From Epiperipatus broadwayi (Eukaryota > Animalia > Onychophora), in the NCBI GenBank assembly GCA_028023455.1, contig JAQFVV010000007.1, positions 13,392,001 through 13,456,000 of the forward strand: DNA of 64,000 bases, given 5' to 3'. This document shows positions 13,863 through 26,619 of this stretch, piece by piece. Below the pieces are notes generated by a model, which had not been told where the DNA came from, did no database searches, and saw nothing but the letters and a program-made list of their open reading frames with translations. The translations under genes and the position numbers were made by a program. Each line of letters begins with the position of its first letter. The first letter of the stretch is position 1.

Positions 13863-16800
13863 TTATTATTATATTTTTTAAGTAGTTAGTAGTATTGCAT
13901 ATTTAGTTTTATTATTAGTAGTAGCATAGTATGTTTTCATAGGCAGGAGAGTAGGGCAGAGAGGGTTTGCAGATAGCACCAAAGCGTAAAAATAAAATAA
14001 TAGAGTAAGAACAATTTTCATTAAAATTAAATAAATCATTTTTACCCCAAGTAAAAGCACCAATCCATTAAACTGCCATAAAACTTCCCATGAGTTTGAG
14101 AATATGAAACAGTCAGCTTTTCAACCCAACTGTTTCACCTACTATATATGCTATATAGTAGTATTCATACATATATAGATACCACCAATCCTCGTATATT
14201 TATTAATAATGATCTAAATAAATCCCGTCTAAATTTAAAAATAAATAAGTCAATCATATATGTGTGTGTATATCTTTAAATATTTACTGAATTATTCATT
14301 TATATACTCCTTAAGCCAAAATGCGCACATATATAGATTATTAATAATTGCAAAGTGAAAAACTAATTGTATGTGTAACTTTAGACTACATATATGCAAG
14401 AATATAAATGTTAATAGATTATAAAACATTTCATTTTCTATAATTTTATATATTTATTAAATTATATATTTTCAAAATTGTATAATTCTGCATATATCGG
14501 TAAATTAGAACGGTCAAGTTACATATATAATAAAATGTTTTTCTAAATCTTAGATTTGTTTTCTGGACACACGGTCACCAATATAATTAATCTTTACCGA
14601 TATTAGATTAATTAAAAATTTATATTTAGAATAAAACTTGGAAAACAGAATAAATTACGGTTTGTGAATAGGATTTTTTTTTACCTATTTAAGATTTAAC
14701 ACAACAGGATCCCGCTGTAACTGCTAATTATCATATGGGCCAGGAAAACAATTCTAAGAAAAAAAAGAATGAAAGAGAGGGGGGATACTGATATAAAAGT
14801 ATTGGCAGCCATCTTTCAAGATTATTCCCAGGCAGTCATTATAATATTCTTTCTAAGAGTCATCAAGATATATATTTTAATAAAGTAAATTAATCAAATG
14901 TCAGGGTAACAGGCTTCAAATCTAGCCTTCTGCCTGGCAAACAGCCATCTAAGCCGAAAGAAAGGAAGTGTTACCACACCAGATCCTAAAGGATGCCACG
15001 CTATTCAGAGAACCAGCAGTACAGAGAAACATCAAGATTAACAACGGTAAATACTCTTCCAATCTAAAACCTTCAACTAATTCCAAGTATAAATGCTAGC
15101 TTAACCTCAAATTAATGGCCATCTAAATATTGTATAATGAAAATTATGTATATTTTGTTTTATAATTTTAATCTAAAAACTCACCTAAATTGTGAATATT
15201 AATTACTGTATTTCAATCCTAAAGTCTTGCCTGATACAAATTTAAAACTGATAAATAAATACAATTGATATGATAAAAGAAACTAGTATAACTGATTTAG
15301 ATTTAACTGATACAAATTTAATCGATAAAAATGATTTACCTGATAAATAAATTATTAAATGATTTAAACTCATATATAAATCAATTATGATTTATCTAAA
15401 TTACACGCATTCACACACATCTTTATTAATATAACTGTATGATTTTATGTTTTGGTTTACTTCTAAAATAATGTTTGATTTAGTTACATAATAATTTCAC
15501 CATAAATAATTAAATGCTATCTATTTAAATTCGCTTAACGTAGAAATTACATCTTTTGTCTAATTTTGTTATGTATAATATACAATAAGCTGTTCAAAGT
15601 AATATTAGGATTTCTATGATAATTTATATATGTTTAAAGTTAATGATAATGTTTGCAGTCATTAATTTCTCAGATAGCATTATAAAACTAAATCAATCAT
15701 ATTTTAGCGAACCTCACACAACTTCCTTTTAAAATAAACAACAATCAAATTTCACTTGCTTAAAATTTTATTGTGATTTAAATGCATTTCTTAAGTTGAT
15801 TTATGCCAATATCATTATTATTTAGTTATGTTATCTTGTTTATGGTATAAAACTTCAAAACCGAGCTTTATTGTTAAATTAAACCATTCACAAGTATTAA
15901 ATAAAGATTTGCTCGCATATATATGTAAGTGCATATATATATATATAACATGTATAATTATATACTAAATAAAAAGCTTTGTTTTGGAAAGGATAAAATG
16001 TATTGAATTAAAAATCGTTATAAACGTATCATCATATTAAGATAGATTTGCTTTTTAAGTTGATATTTTAAATAAATATTTAGTTAAAGTGATAAAAATA
16101 CAGCATAAATCTATAAGTTTATATTTTAATTCCCATACGCTGTAATCCTCCTTAATCTGATTAAATCAAAGCCTATATAGCTAACTTTGTAGATTGGAGT
16201 CATAAATTTCTTTAGTTAGTACTATTAAGAGTACTATAACATGAACTGATGTGGGTAGTTACATGAAATAAATTTGTATTTTAGCGTCTTAATTTTAAAT
16301 ATGATTATCTAGTCAGTGGTGCACATGTGTCCTTACGAAATGCCATGGTGTATTTTCTTATTGCTGTATTTTTTTAATGGTCACCTGTCATCATGCAGCA
16401 CCATTACCATTTGTTCAGGCAATTATCTTTTCGGGTGGCGACTGGTACACACCAACCCATCCTGCATTCTTATAATGGAGCATGAGACTCACCCAGAGGT
16501 AAGACTCCACATTCTGTATTCGTAAAAGCAGCATGAGACTCATCCAGAGTGTAAGATTCCCACTCATATATATATATATATATATAAATTGCTCAATCTG
16601 CTGAACTAAAATGGCCTCTTATACCACAGCAATGAGAATTGGTCCCAGGGAACTGTTACTGGTAAAAATCCCATGAATGAGGCACATATGAAATGCGAAT
16701 AAGACTGAGTTATATGTTTTTCTTTACGCACTTGTATCTTAAGTATAACTTCCATTAGTCAGTTCAGTCTGCCATTTTAATAGTTAATTCAGCATTGATG

Positions 16801-17128
16801 GAAGGGAATCCAATATAAATAGCATTTTACTGTGAGAGAATATATTAAAGTATTCGTGCAAGTTAAATTATGTTCTGTCAAAATTAATTATCACTTCCAC
16901 TAATATGGCAAATCTGGATCCTTTATAGCATAAACCTTGGCATAGATAACCATGAGCAAAGTCAAATCATTCTGAATTAAAATTTATATTATGCTCATGT
17001 ACAATTTTATAGTATTATCATTTTATCACCTGCGAGTGATAAAGATATATATGTATAGCCAAATAAATAATTAATTGTCATTTAGATACTATCACCTGCG
17101 TTTGATATGAGACTACATATATATATAT

Positions 17129-18826
17129 TGAACCGATATTCGAATGTGTGCATTCGAAACACCGGTCTCTTTGGCAGAGAAGAACATACTCGGAGAGTAT
17201 TTATGCCCAAACGATAGCTATAAAATATATAACTAGCGTTACATTTCCAGGACATAACTTCTTCTCAGCTGTTGAGTTCAACACCAAGTTCAAAGCACCT
17301 TTTTTTGTTTGTGTATAAACACGGGTGCCAGCTATCTATTCAAGGATGAATAAATAACGCACTTTGAGCAATGGCCACTAACTCAACGCCTAAATCCACA
17401 ACTAGCTCAGCTGTTTGTAATCACAAATAGATTATACATAATTAGTGGTTAAAAGACTTGATAAAAAGAATTTGATAAAAGGAATTGATAAAAAGAATTG
17501 ACCGACAAATAAAGTTTAATTTTAAAGATAATTTATTAACTAACATTTATTTACTAAATTTAAACATTTTATACTTCTAATAAAACACATGCATATTTTA
17601 AATTAACATTCTAAATAGTTTAAATATTCTTGAATATTTTCATAACAGAACACTGGGAATTTGTCTACTTTGACTAATAATATTGATATAAGGATCACGC
17701 ACATATTAACTCATGCACACACATAGTAATGATAATAAAGGACTACATATCATTTGAAATTTAATCACACACATCAATAGTTCATTTATATAAGATATAG
17801 AGTTCATATAATTAGACTCTTGAAAGATTCATATGAATTAATGAAATGCAATGGCTATTACAGTATAAACAAAAATAAGCAAATGTTTTACCTAGGATTT
17901 TGAACATAGATTTAACACTTTGTTTTCTTCTTGTTTGTTGTTTCTTCCATTATGAATGGTTCCAGTATGAATGCTTCCAGTATGAATGCTTCCATTATGA
18001 ATGCTTCCAGCCAGCTGGGATATTTCCTTGCTGAGTTTTCTGATTTTCACGATTATTACTATCGGAGACAATTAGATACTGACGGAGATTTTTTAAGATG
18101 TTAAGCTGACATTATTTCATGGGCAGATCTGCTGTTTTCATAGGACATCTGGGCTGGAGATAAGCGTGCGTTCCTAAGATCTTCTTAACACTGCATTTTG
18201 TTTGTTAACTGCTCAATTAATTTCTGAACTGCACTCACTCAATAAATTTGTGAACTGATTTGTCTCAACTGCTTGTCCGATAAAAAAGTCTATTTATATC
18301 TGCAACGTGTTGTCGAAATATTTCCGGTGATAATCATTTGATAAACGTGTTGTTTTATTTTATTAATAACCATTGCCGTGTTTTTAATGATAATCTTCTT
18401 TTATTTCACATACATTTTATTTATTTACAAATCCTACATATATACGCACATATATTTTTAATACAATTTACTATTTAGTTTTAACATAATTTTTTTCTTT
18501 AATTAAACTTGAATGAAAAGAGATTTGTACGTTTTAACTTTTTAAATTATATTTTTACGAATACTAATAAAAACTCTTTACTTCCTTTTATAACCCTTAG
18601 TTTCATTTCTCAAACCAAGACTTCCCCTCCCCCCTTTTGATTAATTAATTGTAGCTTTTTTTTATTTCAAAAACTAACGCTAGAAAACTATTTAATTCCT
18701 ATCTTTTTTCTAAAACAAACTGCAATAAACTCTTCAACATTTAATTTTATGTTTTCTTTTATTAACGATTATTTTAATAATATAATTTTAGATAAAATTA
18801 TATGTACCTATATCAATATAGGTACA
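17129..18826 (-). repeat. Element B 3' LTR
   Basis: Near-identical to 21220-22917 (a few percent divergence by eye); internal 15-bp tandem (ttccaktatgaatgs)x4 at 17944-18010. Confidence 0.95.
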
Positions 18827-18831
18827 TTACA

Positions 18832-18846
18832 CCGCTCCTCCTTTTT
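18832..18846 (-). other. Polypurine tract of element B
   Basis: AAAAAGGAGGAGCGG on the minus strand, 5 nt before the 3' LTR start. Confidence 0.75.
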
Positions 18847-19187
18847 GAGAGTAAAATGCATCATTTTTGACCATTTTATCTCTGTCAATATTAAATCTTA
18901 ATTTATTTATTTTTTTATTTTATTGACATGTTATTTATTTGTTTAATTCGATCACTTTAATCAAACCCTTTATTTTATTCATTTATTTAATCCTATAATT
19001 GTTACTCTTAAATCATTCATTTGACCTACTTATTTAACTTGATTTTATTGATTTTTAACTGTTTATTTACAAGCATTACTTCTTATATAATATATGCGTG
19101 GGAAAAAAATCTTTTATTCAATAATGCCTCCTTGTTATTATTATTATTCCTAAATTTCATTTAGTATTATTACCGCCTGTCCGGTGG

Positions 19188-20249
19188 TTATTTTTCTCTT
19201 TTCACTAACCTCAACGACCGGGCATTATATGTTCCTTTTTCCTCTATTCCCTGTGCTATCACAAGCATGTTATTACTGTATTGCCGTTTGATGATATAAG
19301 GGCCATCGTATATTGGCTGGAATTTCTTGTATATATGTTTTTCAGGATGACTAACAGGATGAACTCTCACCATGACCTCATCTCCTTTCCTGAATATAGC
19401 CTTAGGTCTTCCCTGCCTCTGCTGCCATAGCCTGCCCATTTTTCTTAATCGGTTGAGCGCTTGCTTAGCATCTCTTCTCTGGTTGGTTGGATTTATCCCC
19501 ACTGGCAATTTAGTCTCAAACGAATACGGAATATTTCTTCCAAAATGTAGCCAAACAGGTTCGAATCCTGTAGACTCATTTTTTGACCAGTTTATCATGT
19601 TGATTATTCATGATGTTTATTTCACCCATTTGCGATGATCATACTGTATATAAACCCGAAATAGACGCCCCAACTCCCTCATAACCCGTTCACATGGATT
19701 AGACTGAGGGTTACGAATCGATGTAAGTATATGTCTTATCCCACATTTGTCCATCCATTTCTTCCATTCGCTAGATATAAAGGGCGTTCCATGATCCGAC
19801 AGAATTCTGTCTGGAATTCCTACAGTTTTAAAGTATTGTTGCTCCAAAACTCGAATAGTCTGTCTTGCGTTCGCTTGGCCTACTGGATATGCCGCTACCA
19901 GCTTCGAAAACATGTCATATGTTAACATGAGATGCTTCATTTTATTGAATGGAGGCAGAGCTCCGTAGAAGCCTATTGCTAGTAAGCTGTTCGGGCATTG
20001 GGCATATATAGGTTGCAGCGGCCCGACTCCTGATGTGTTAGCAGGCTTGGTTGATGAACATATGGTGCATCTACCAATCACATCTGTAATATTGGCATTT
20101 ATTCCTGGCCAGTAAAACCAATGACTCAGCCATCCTTCCACTATATTTGCTCCATAATGTCCGAAAGTGTTATGCGCATATTTAATCATTTGGTCTCTCA
20201 TGGTGACCAGAAGAATAATGCATGTTTTTTTTTTTTCCGTAACACACAC
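19188..20249 (-). pseudogene. Element B integrase (HHCC, DDE core, GPY/F C-terminus), interrupted by two in-frame stops near 19600-19620
   Basis: HNTFGHYG...CTICSSTKP zinc finger; AIGFYG (first D mutated to G), ILSDHGTPFIS, CERVMRE; FQPIYDGPYII; no chromodomain. Confidence 0.92.
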
Positions 20250-20322
20250 TGTAAGAGTCCTCCCTTAAACAACAGTGATTTTGGTCTCTCCACAGTGGAT
20301 TATTGGCTGTTTTCATTACAGG

Positions 20323-20877
20323 CTAATTGCGTAAATACTCTATTATTTGTTTGCAATTGTTATCTTCCTCTTGCTGCTCCTTTAATTTGTATGCTGTGAT
20401 TGACCTCAATTTCATTATTTCTCTACGAAAAAATGTAATAAATAACTCCCCCATCTGCCACCTATCCTGCTCTACTTGAAACTTAATCTTTTCCTGCAGC
20501 TCCTCCCCCCAATAGTTTGCCAACAACGAACACTTGTATTCACCGAATGTTGTCGGTTTTACACGTAATGAATTCCACCAGAGTTGGGCTTCTCCCTGTA
20601 TGTGACTGCAAGCTAAAGCAATTCTTGCTCCCTGGCTTAAACTATTCAAAGTGCAATAACGTTCCAAGCTCTCTAAGTGATCACTCGGATTCTCCCCTCT
20701 GTTCCCTGAGAATGCTTTTATCTTTAGCAGCTGATTTACTGCCTTCATTTTATGTATGTGCACCCATGTTTTCCCATTCTCATGTTCTCTTTCTAATGCC
20801 TCTACTCTTTTTATTACTTCCTCCAGCTCTATATCTTTTTTCATTTTGACACCATGTATTTTATTTTTTATTTCCAA
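20323..20877 (-). pseudogene. gag: Element B truncated Gag capsid joined in frame to the pre-integrase linker
   Basis: KAFSGNRGENPSDHL...AQLWWNS...PTTFGEY...YW aligns with A Gag up to LRSITAY, then KLKEQQEEDNNCKQII (QxxD linker typical upstream of gypsy integrase). Confidence 0.85.
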
Positions 20878-21196
20878 CTAGCGCTTACGTTAAACTAAAT
20901 TTAAATACAACTTATTTATTTATTTTTCTTACTAAGACGGAAACTCACGCTAACTCCACCCTTTTAGTCCTTTTCACTACCCGATCTTAATGCTTTAACT
21001 CTGCCCATAACATCTAATTGACTCTGATTTGATAGCATAAATGTCAAAATCTCTTTTCATTTCGAAAAAAAAAATTTTGGTCAATTCTTTTTTTTTTTTT
21101 TAAATTAAACACTTTTACATACATAATTTAACTTTCTAGATTTTTTATTTTCAATAAGAACAAAGTATTTACTTAACTGTCATTTATGACAAGTTC

Positions 21197-21217
21197 GGCC
21201 CATGTTGGGTAAAGCCA
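21197..21217 (-). other. Degenerate primer-binding site of element B, best match tRNA-Lys(CUU)
   Basis: TGGCTTTACCCAACATGGGCC, 2 nt after the 5' LTR, versus the Lys(CUU) PBS TGGCGCCCAACGTGGGGC. Confidence 0.55.
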
Positions 21218-21219
21218 TT

Positions 21220-22917
21220 TGAACCGATATTCGAATGTGTGCATTCGAAACACCGGTCTCTTAGGCAGAGAAGAACATACTCAGAGAGTATGTATGCCCA
21301 AACGATAGCTATAAAATATACAACTAGCATTACATTTCCAGGACATAACTTCTTCTAGGCTGTTGAGTTCAACACCCAGTTCAAAGCACCTTTTTTTGTT
21401 TGTGTATAAACACGGGCGCCAGCTATCTATTCAAGGATGAATAAATAACGCACTTTGAGCAATGGCCACTAACTCAATGCCTAAATTCACGACTAGCTCA
21501 GCTGTTTGTAATCACAAATAGATTATACATAATTAGTGGTTAAAAGACTTGATAAAAAGAATTTGATAAAAGGAATTGATAAAAAGAATTGACCGACAAA
21601 TAAAGTTTAATTTTAAAGATAATATTTTAACTAACATTTATTTACTAAATTTAAACATTTTATACTTCTAATAAAACACACGCATATTTTAAATTAACAT
21701 TCTAAATAGTTTAAATATTCTTGAATATTTTCATAACAGAACACTGGGAATTTGTCTATTTTGACTAATAATATTGATATAAGGATCACGCACATATTAA
21801 CTCATGCACACACATAATAATGATAATAAAGGACTACATAGCATTTGAAATTTAATCACACACATCAATAGTTCATTTATATATGATATAGAGTTCATAT
21901 AATTAGACTCTTGAAAGATTCGTATGAATTAATGAAATGCAATGGCTATTACAGTATAAACGAAAATAAGCAAATGTTTTACCTAGGATTTTGAACGTAG
22001 ATTTAACACTTTGTTTTCTTCTTATTTGTTGTTTTTTCCAGTATGAATGGTTCCAGTATGAATGCTTCCAGTATGAATGCTTCCATTATGAATGCTTCCA
22101 GCCGGCTGGGACATTTCCTTGCTGAATTTCCTGATTTTCACAATTATTACTATTGGAGACAATTAGATACTGATGGAGATTTTCTAAGATGGTAAGCTGA
22201 TATTATTTCATAGGCAGATCTGCTGTTTTCATAGGACATCTGGGCTGGAGATAAACATGCGTTCCTAAGATCTTCTCAACACAGCATTTTGTTTGTTAAC
22301 TGCTCAATTAATTTCTGAACTGCACTCACTCCATAAATTTGTGAACTGATTTGTCTCAACTGCTTGTCCGATAAAAAAGTCTATTTATATCTGCAACGTG
22401 TTGTCGAAATATTTCCGGTGATAATCATTTGATAAACGTGTTGTTTTATTTTATTAATAACAATTGCCGTGTTTTTAATGATAATCTTCTTTTATTTCGC
22501 ATATATTTTATTTATTTACAAATCACACATATATACGCACATATATTTTTAATACAATTTACTATTTAGTTTTAACATAATTTTTTTCTTTAATTAAACT
22601 TGAATGAAAAGAGATTTGTATGTTTTAACTTTTTAAATTATATTTTTACGAATACTAATAAAAACTCTTTACTTCCTTTTATAACCCTTAGTTTCATTTC
22701 TCAAACCAAGACTCCTCCTCCCCCCTTTTGATTAATTAATTGTAGCTTTTTTTTATTTCAAAAACTAACACTAGAAAACTATTTAATTCTTATCTTTTTT
22801 CTAAAACAAACTGCAATAAACTCTTCAATGTTTAATTTTATGTTTTCTTTTATGAACGATTATTTTAATAATATAATTTTAGATAAAATTATATGTGTCT
22901 ATATCAATATAGGTACA
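21220..22917 (-). repeat. Element B 5' LTR
   Basis: Direct repeat of 17129-18826. Confidence 0.95.
22676..22683 (-). promoter_or_regulatory. Candidate TATA box of the element B 5' LTR
   Basis: TATAAAAG about 235 bp from the LTR start in coding orientation; conserved in the 3' LTR (18585-18592). Confidence 0.5.
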
Positions 22918-24129
22918 GTATATATTTAGAATGGAAATGCAAATCTCCAAATTTTATTAATTGTGTTAGAGAATTAAAATCACTTATAAGTAAACTAACT
23001 TATATATATATATGTAAACTAAACTGCTTATATCTGTACATCCAAAACCTGCTATTGATAACGCATGACTTATGTATGAACCCCTTTGAATTGTAAAGTT
23101 CCTTAATCACCTGCATGTGAAATCAAAGAAGTTATTTACTCTATTGTTATTTTAATTTGTTGTTTACATTGAATATTATTAAATTGATTTAAAATTTACT
23201 TTGGTTTCTTGTCTTAGTCTTGCTCACCGACTCACTTTTATTTAATATTTAGTAATTAGCTTTCTAACTTATTGAAATTTTATATATAATTAATTATGAT
23301 AAGTGTGCCATATGATACTTATATAAATATGCTATATAAAATACCCATTGTTACCCGTCTTGTGTACTACTGATGAGCTACTGCCGGCACGTGAACATTT
23401 GAACTCTGCTGTGACCTCAACTGTGTCATTTGTAAGGTTATGAGTCTATGAGCAATTGTACAGGAACTATGGTTATGCCAGAGCCATGGCTTCCACCAAT
23501 GTAAACCTGGTCGGCCTTAGGATGATCTATCAGAGTTCTAGATTTTGTTGCTCAAATGCACGTATTTGACCATTACAATATGAAAGCAAGGAGAAATGAC
23601 AGTAGAAGAATAATCTGGTATAAATTATAAGATATTTTAATTAATTTCATCTTTAATATAATTTTGTTAATTTTATATCACATTACTCATCCACAATTAC
23701 TCACTAATTTTATTTAAAAAGTTTATTGCCTAGTTTATAGCAGGTAAAACATAGCTGAAACTTTAGTACAATAGGACAATGAAGCTGATAATATATACTT
23801 TATCATTATACACAGAAAAATAGAAATAACCAAAAAAAAACATCCCTTAATAAATTTTGCAATATATCCACAGCCATTTTGCAGTTTCAGAATGCCATAT
23901 AAAATCTTTTTTTTTTTAAAAAAAAATTGAAGTTCATAACTTTTACAATATAGCAGTAGTCCCCCCCCTTCCCCTAGAATCCCATATCCATTCATATTTA
24001 CTAATTATATTTTTTTGCTTTGGGTTGAAAGCATATAATTTTGTTTTTATTTTTATTATCTTTTCCAAATTTCATTTACAGTATTATGCATAATAAAATG
24101 TTTTCTAAGCATAGTTTTATAAAATTTAA

Positions 24130-25247
24130 AAACATTTGAAAAGTCAGTATGAGCATAAAAAGATCAAAACAACTAGAGAGGACATAGGCTATTGAAGTAA
24201 GAGTGCTATTATATTATTATTTAAAAGAAAATAAAATTTCTTAATATGTGTATTTAATTGCAATGAAAGTAGGAATTTATGCTATTTGTGTTTTATTTTA
24301 AAAAATAAAGATCTGGTTACTGTAAAATCATAATGATACTAGGAAAGTTAACATTGAGAAGGTTGTAAGACAGGGTGACTCCATATCTCTAAAACTTTTT
24401 GCAGCAATGCTGCAAGAAATATTTTGTGGTTTAAAATGGAAATCTAAAGAAGTGAAAGTAAATGGAGATTATTTAAGTCATTTAGATTTTGCAGATGATG
24501 TAGTTGCTTTTGCAACTAATGCTTAAGAGCTTCAGGAAATGGTGCAGAAGTTTTCAGATAAAAGTAGGAAAGTAGGACTAAAGATAAATGTTAAAAAGAT
24601 TAAAGTAATGTTTTAATGGATTTTCTCAAAATATGAAAATAAAGATTGATTATGACGAGTTAGAAGAAGGTAACAGCTACAAATATCTTGGTCAGATTAT
24701 TAATAAATATGGAAACATAATGGATGAAATTAGTCATAGAATTAAACTTGGTTGGAGTGCTTTTGGTAAAAATAACTTGATAATAAAAGGAAATATGCCT
24801 ATGTGTTTGAAAAGAAAGGTTTTTAATAAATGTGTTTTACCAATTTTTACTTATGGATTCTAGACTTGGACACTTAATAGATGAGCAATACAAAGACTTT
24901 AGACCACTCAAAGAAGTATGGACAGATGCATGTTAGGAGTAACAAGAAAAGATTGAAAATGCAATATACAGGTAAGAGAACAAACAACAGTTATTGCCCT
25001 CATTGAAAAAATTAAAAGACTGAAGTGGAGTTGAGCTGGACATATTTTTAGAAGAGATGATAATAGATGGACAATTGAAATCTTAAACTGGATTCCAAAA
25101 GATTGTAAAAGACCCAGAAAGAGATCGCTTGTGAGATAGATGGATGAAATAAAAATGTGTGCAAGGGTGATGTGGATAAGAAAATCTAAAGATTGAAGAA
25201 AATAGTTTGAACTGCAGTGGATTGATAATTGTTGATGATGATGATGA
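24130..25247 (+). mobile_element. RTE-clade LINE, 5'-truncated: RT C-terminal half and 3' end with (GAT)n tail
   Basis: VRQGDSISLKLF, HLDFADDVV, YKYLGQ, RIKLGWSAFGK, LKRKVFNKCVLPIFTYG; ends tgcagtggattgataattgttgatgatgatgatga. Confidence 0.9.
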
Positions 25248-26619
25248 CTAAGATTTTTTTGAACAAATGTGAATAAGTGCATCCCAATATCAATAACAAT
25301 CAACAATCTCAATCTGTTGTCATGGCAATGTTTTGACAATAAATGTATATGTAAATATGCTCCTTCAATTTAGTACTTTTTGCATATGCCTACTGTGCAG
25401 TTGAAAAAGAATCTGCATGATATATATATATGTGTGTGTTGAAATTGTATTGCACACATGCAATTCAATAAATAATATTTACTTTATTGTAATCAAATTT
25501 TTGTCAAAACAGGAACTATTATAGCTATATGCGAGGGCGGTGCGGAGCAAAAATGTTGCGAGTCCACTATACTATTAATTAAAGACAGATGAACTGGGAT
25601 ATATTTTGTGTATATGCATGCACACATACAAATCTATTCTATTGTAATTTTAATTACCAATTTTTTATCTATATAATAAATTTTGATAATTATTTGTTTT
25701 ACTTGATTAATTAATTTTTGTTGTAAATATCACTTATAAAAATTTAAACGTAATAATAATAATAATATACAAAATTCGTAAAACAATATATATATATATT
25801 CTGTTAAATGATATTTTTTATCATATCTTTATATTAATTAGTGAGAATAAGTTGTGTTTTGTTTTTTTTTTTATCTTAGGAAGGAAAATAATTTGATGTT
25901 CTGATAAAATGTCTACATTTTTCTTTGTTATCTCTTGCTTGGTAGTTAATGAACATTAATTGAAAGAAATTTTTAAGTTGCAATTAATAGATTCTGGGGA
26001 TATCTGAGGGCATTACAATGCTGTTGTTGCCTCTCTGTTTATTGTCTGATTCATTAGCGAGGTGAAGGAAGTTCTTCCTAAAATCATCATATCTTAAAAG
26101 GCAACTTCTTCTACTCTGTTTTAATCCACTGTAATTGAACAGGAGAGTGTGAAAGTGCTGTCAGGCAATTTTGAAAATTTTATATAAGTAAAAAGCCTGA
26201 CTGAAGTTTAAGACTCCGTGCTGTTCTAGTATTTTCTTATATAAATTATTCAAGATAGACAATTATAAAACTGACATACAACAATCGGATAATTAAAGTA
26301 AACAGTATAAACTCCACATCCACTCAACATTTAATCGCCTTTTGTATACTTTTTAATTAACAGTAATGTTTTAAGTATTTGAATGTGTGTAATCCGAATA
26401 AACCGCTTTTAATATTTTGGTTGTGTTTGTACAATATATATGGAATTAGAATATATATTTAGCTATGCTGGAATTAATTATAAAAAAGAGCTCTCCCCTT
26501 CAGATATATATTTTTTTCTGCTGCACTATCTATATGTTAACAAAATTTCAAATTTTCCACTAAATGATTTGAAACTTTATAACATACAAATAGCCTTTTG
26601 GAAATTTTCCGTTAACATA

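Larger units (their letters stand above)
17129..22917 (-). mobile_element. Element B: non-autonomous Ty3/Gypsy-type LTR retrotransposon (Gag fragment fused to integrase), nested in the A right LTR
   Basis: Two 1698-bp LTRs. Termini TGTACCTATATT...AATATCGGTTCA (10/12 inverted match). PBS- and PPT-like sites on the minus strand. Flanks ATAT/GTAT give a TSD with one mismatch in a TA run. Confidence 0.95.
6046..23577. mobile_element. Element A: non-autonomous Ty3/Gypsy-type LTR retrotransposon (gag + protease only) with ~3.7 kb LTRs; hosts nested element B
   Basis: Direct repeats 6046-9754 and 14105-17128+22918-23577. Termini TGAAACAGTCA...TGACCATTACA (TG..CA, 8/11 inverted match). ATAT at 6042-6045 and 23578-23581 forms a TSD. 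Gag and protease remnants lie inside. Confidence 0.92.
14105..23577. repeat. Element A right LTR, split by element B (14105-17128 and 22918-23577)
   Basis: Homology to the left LTR stops at ...gactacatatatatatat (17128) and resumes at gtatatatttagaatggaaatgc (22918). Confidence 0.93.

Noticed and set aside
17944-18010. (GSIHT/N)x4 peptide encoded by the 15-bp tandem in the B LTRs
   Set aside because: The frame is short, lacks an ATG in one LTR and ends early in the other; a simple tandem repeat explains it.
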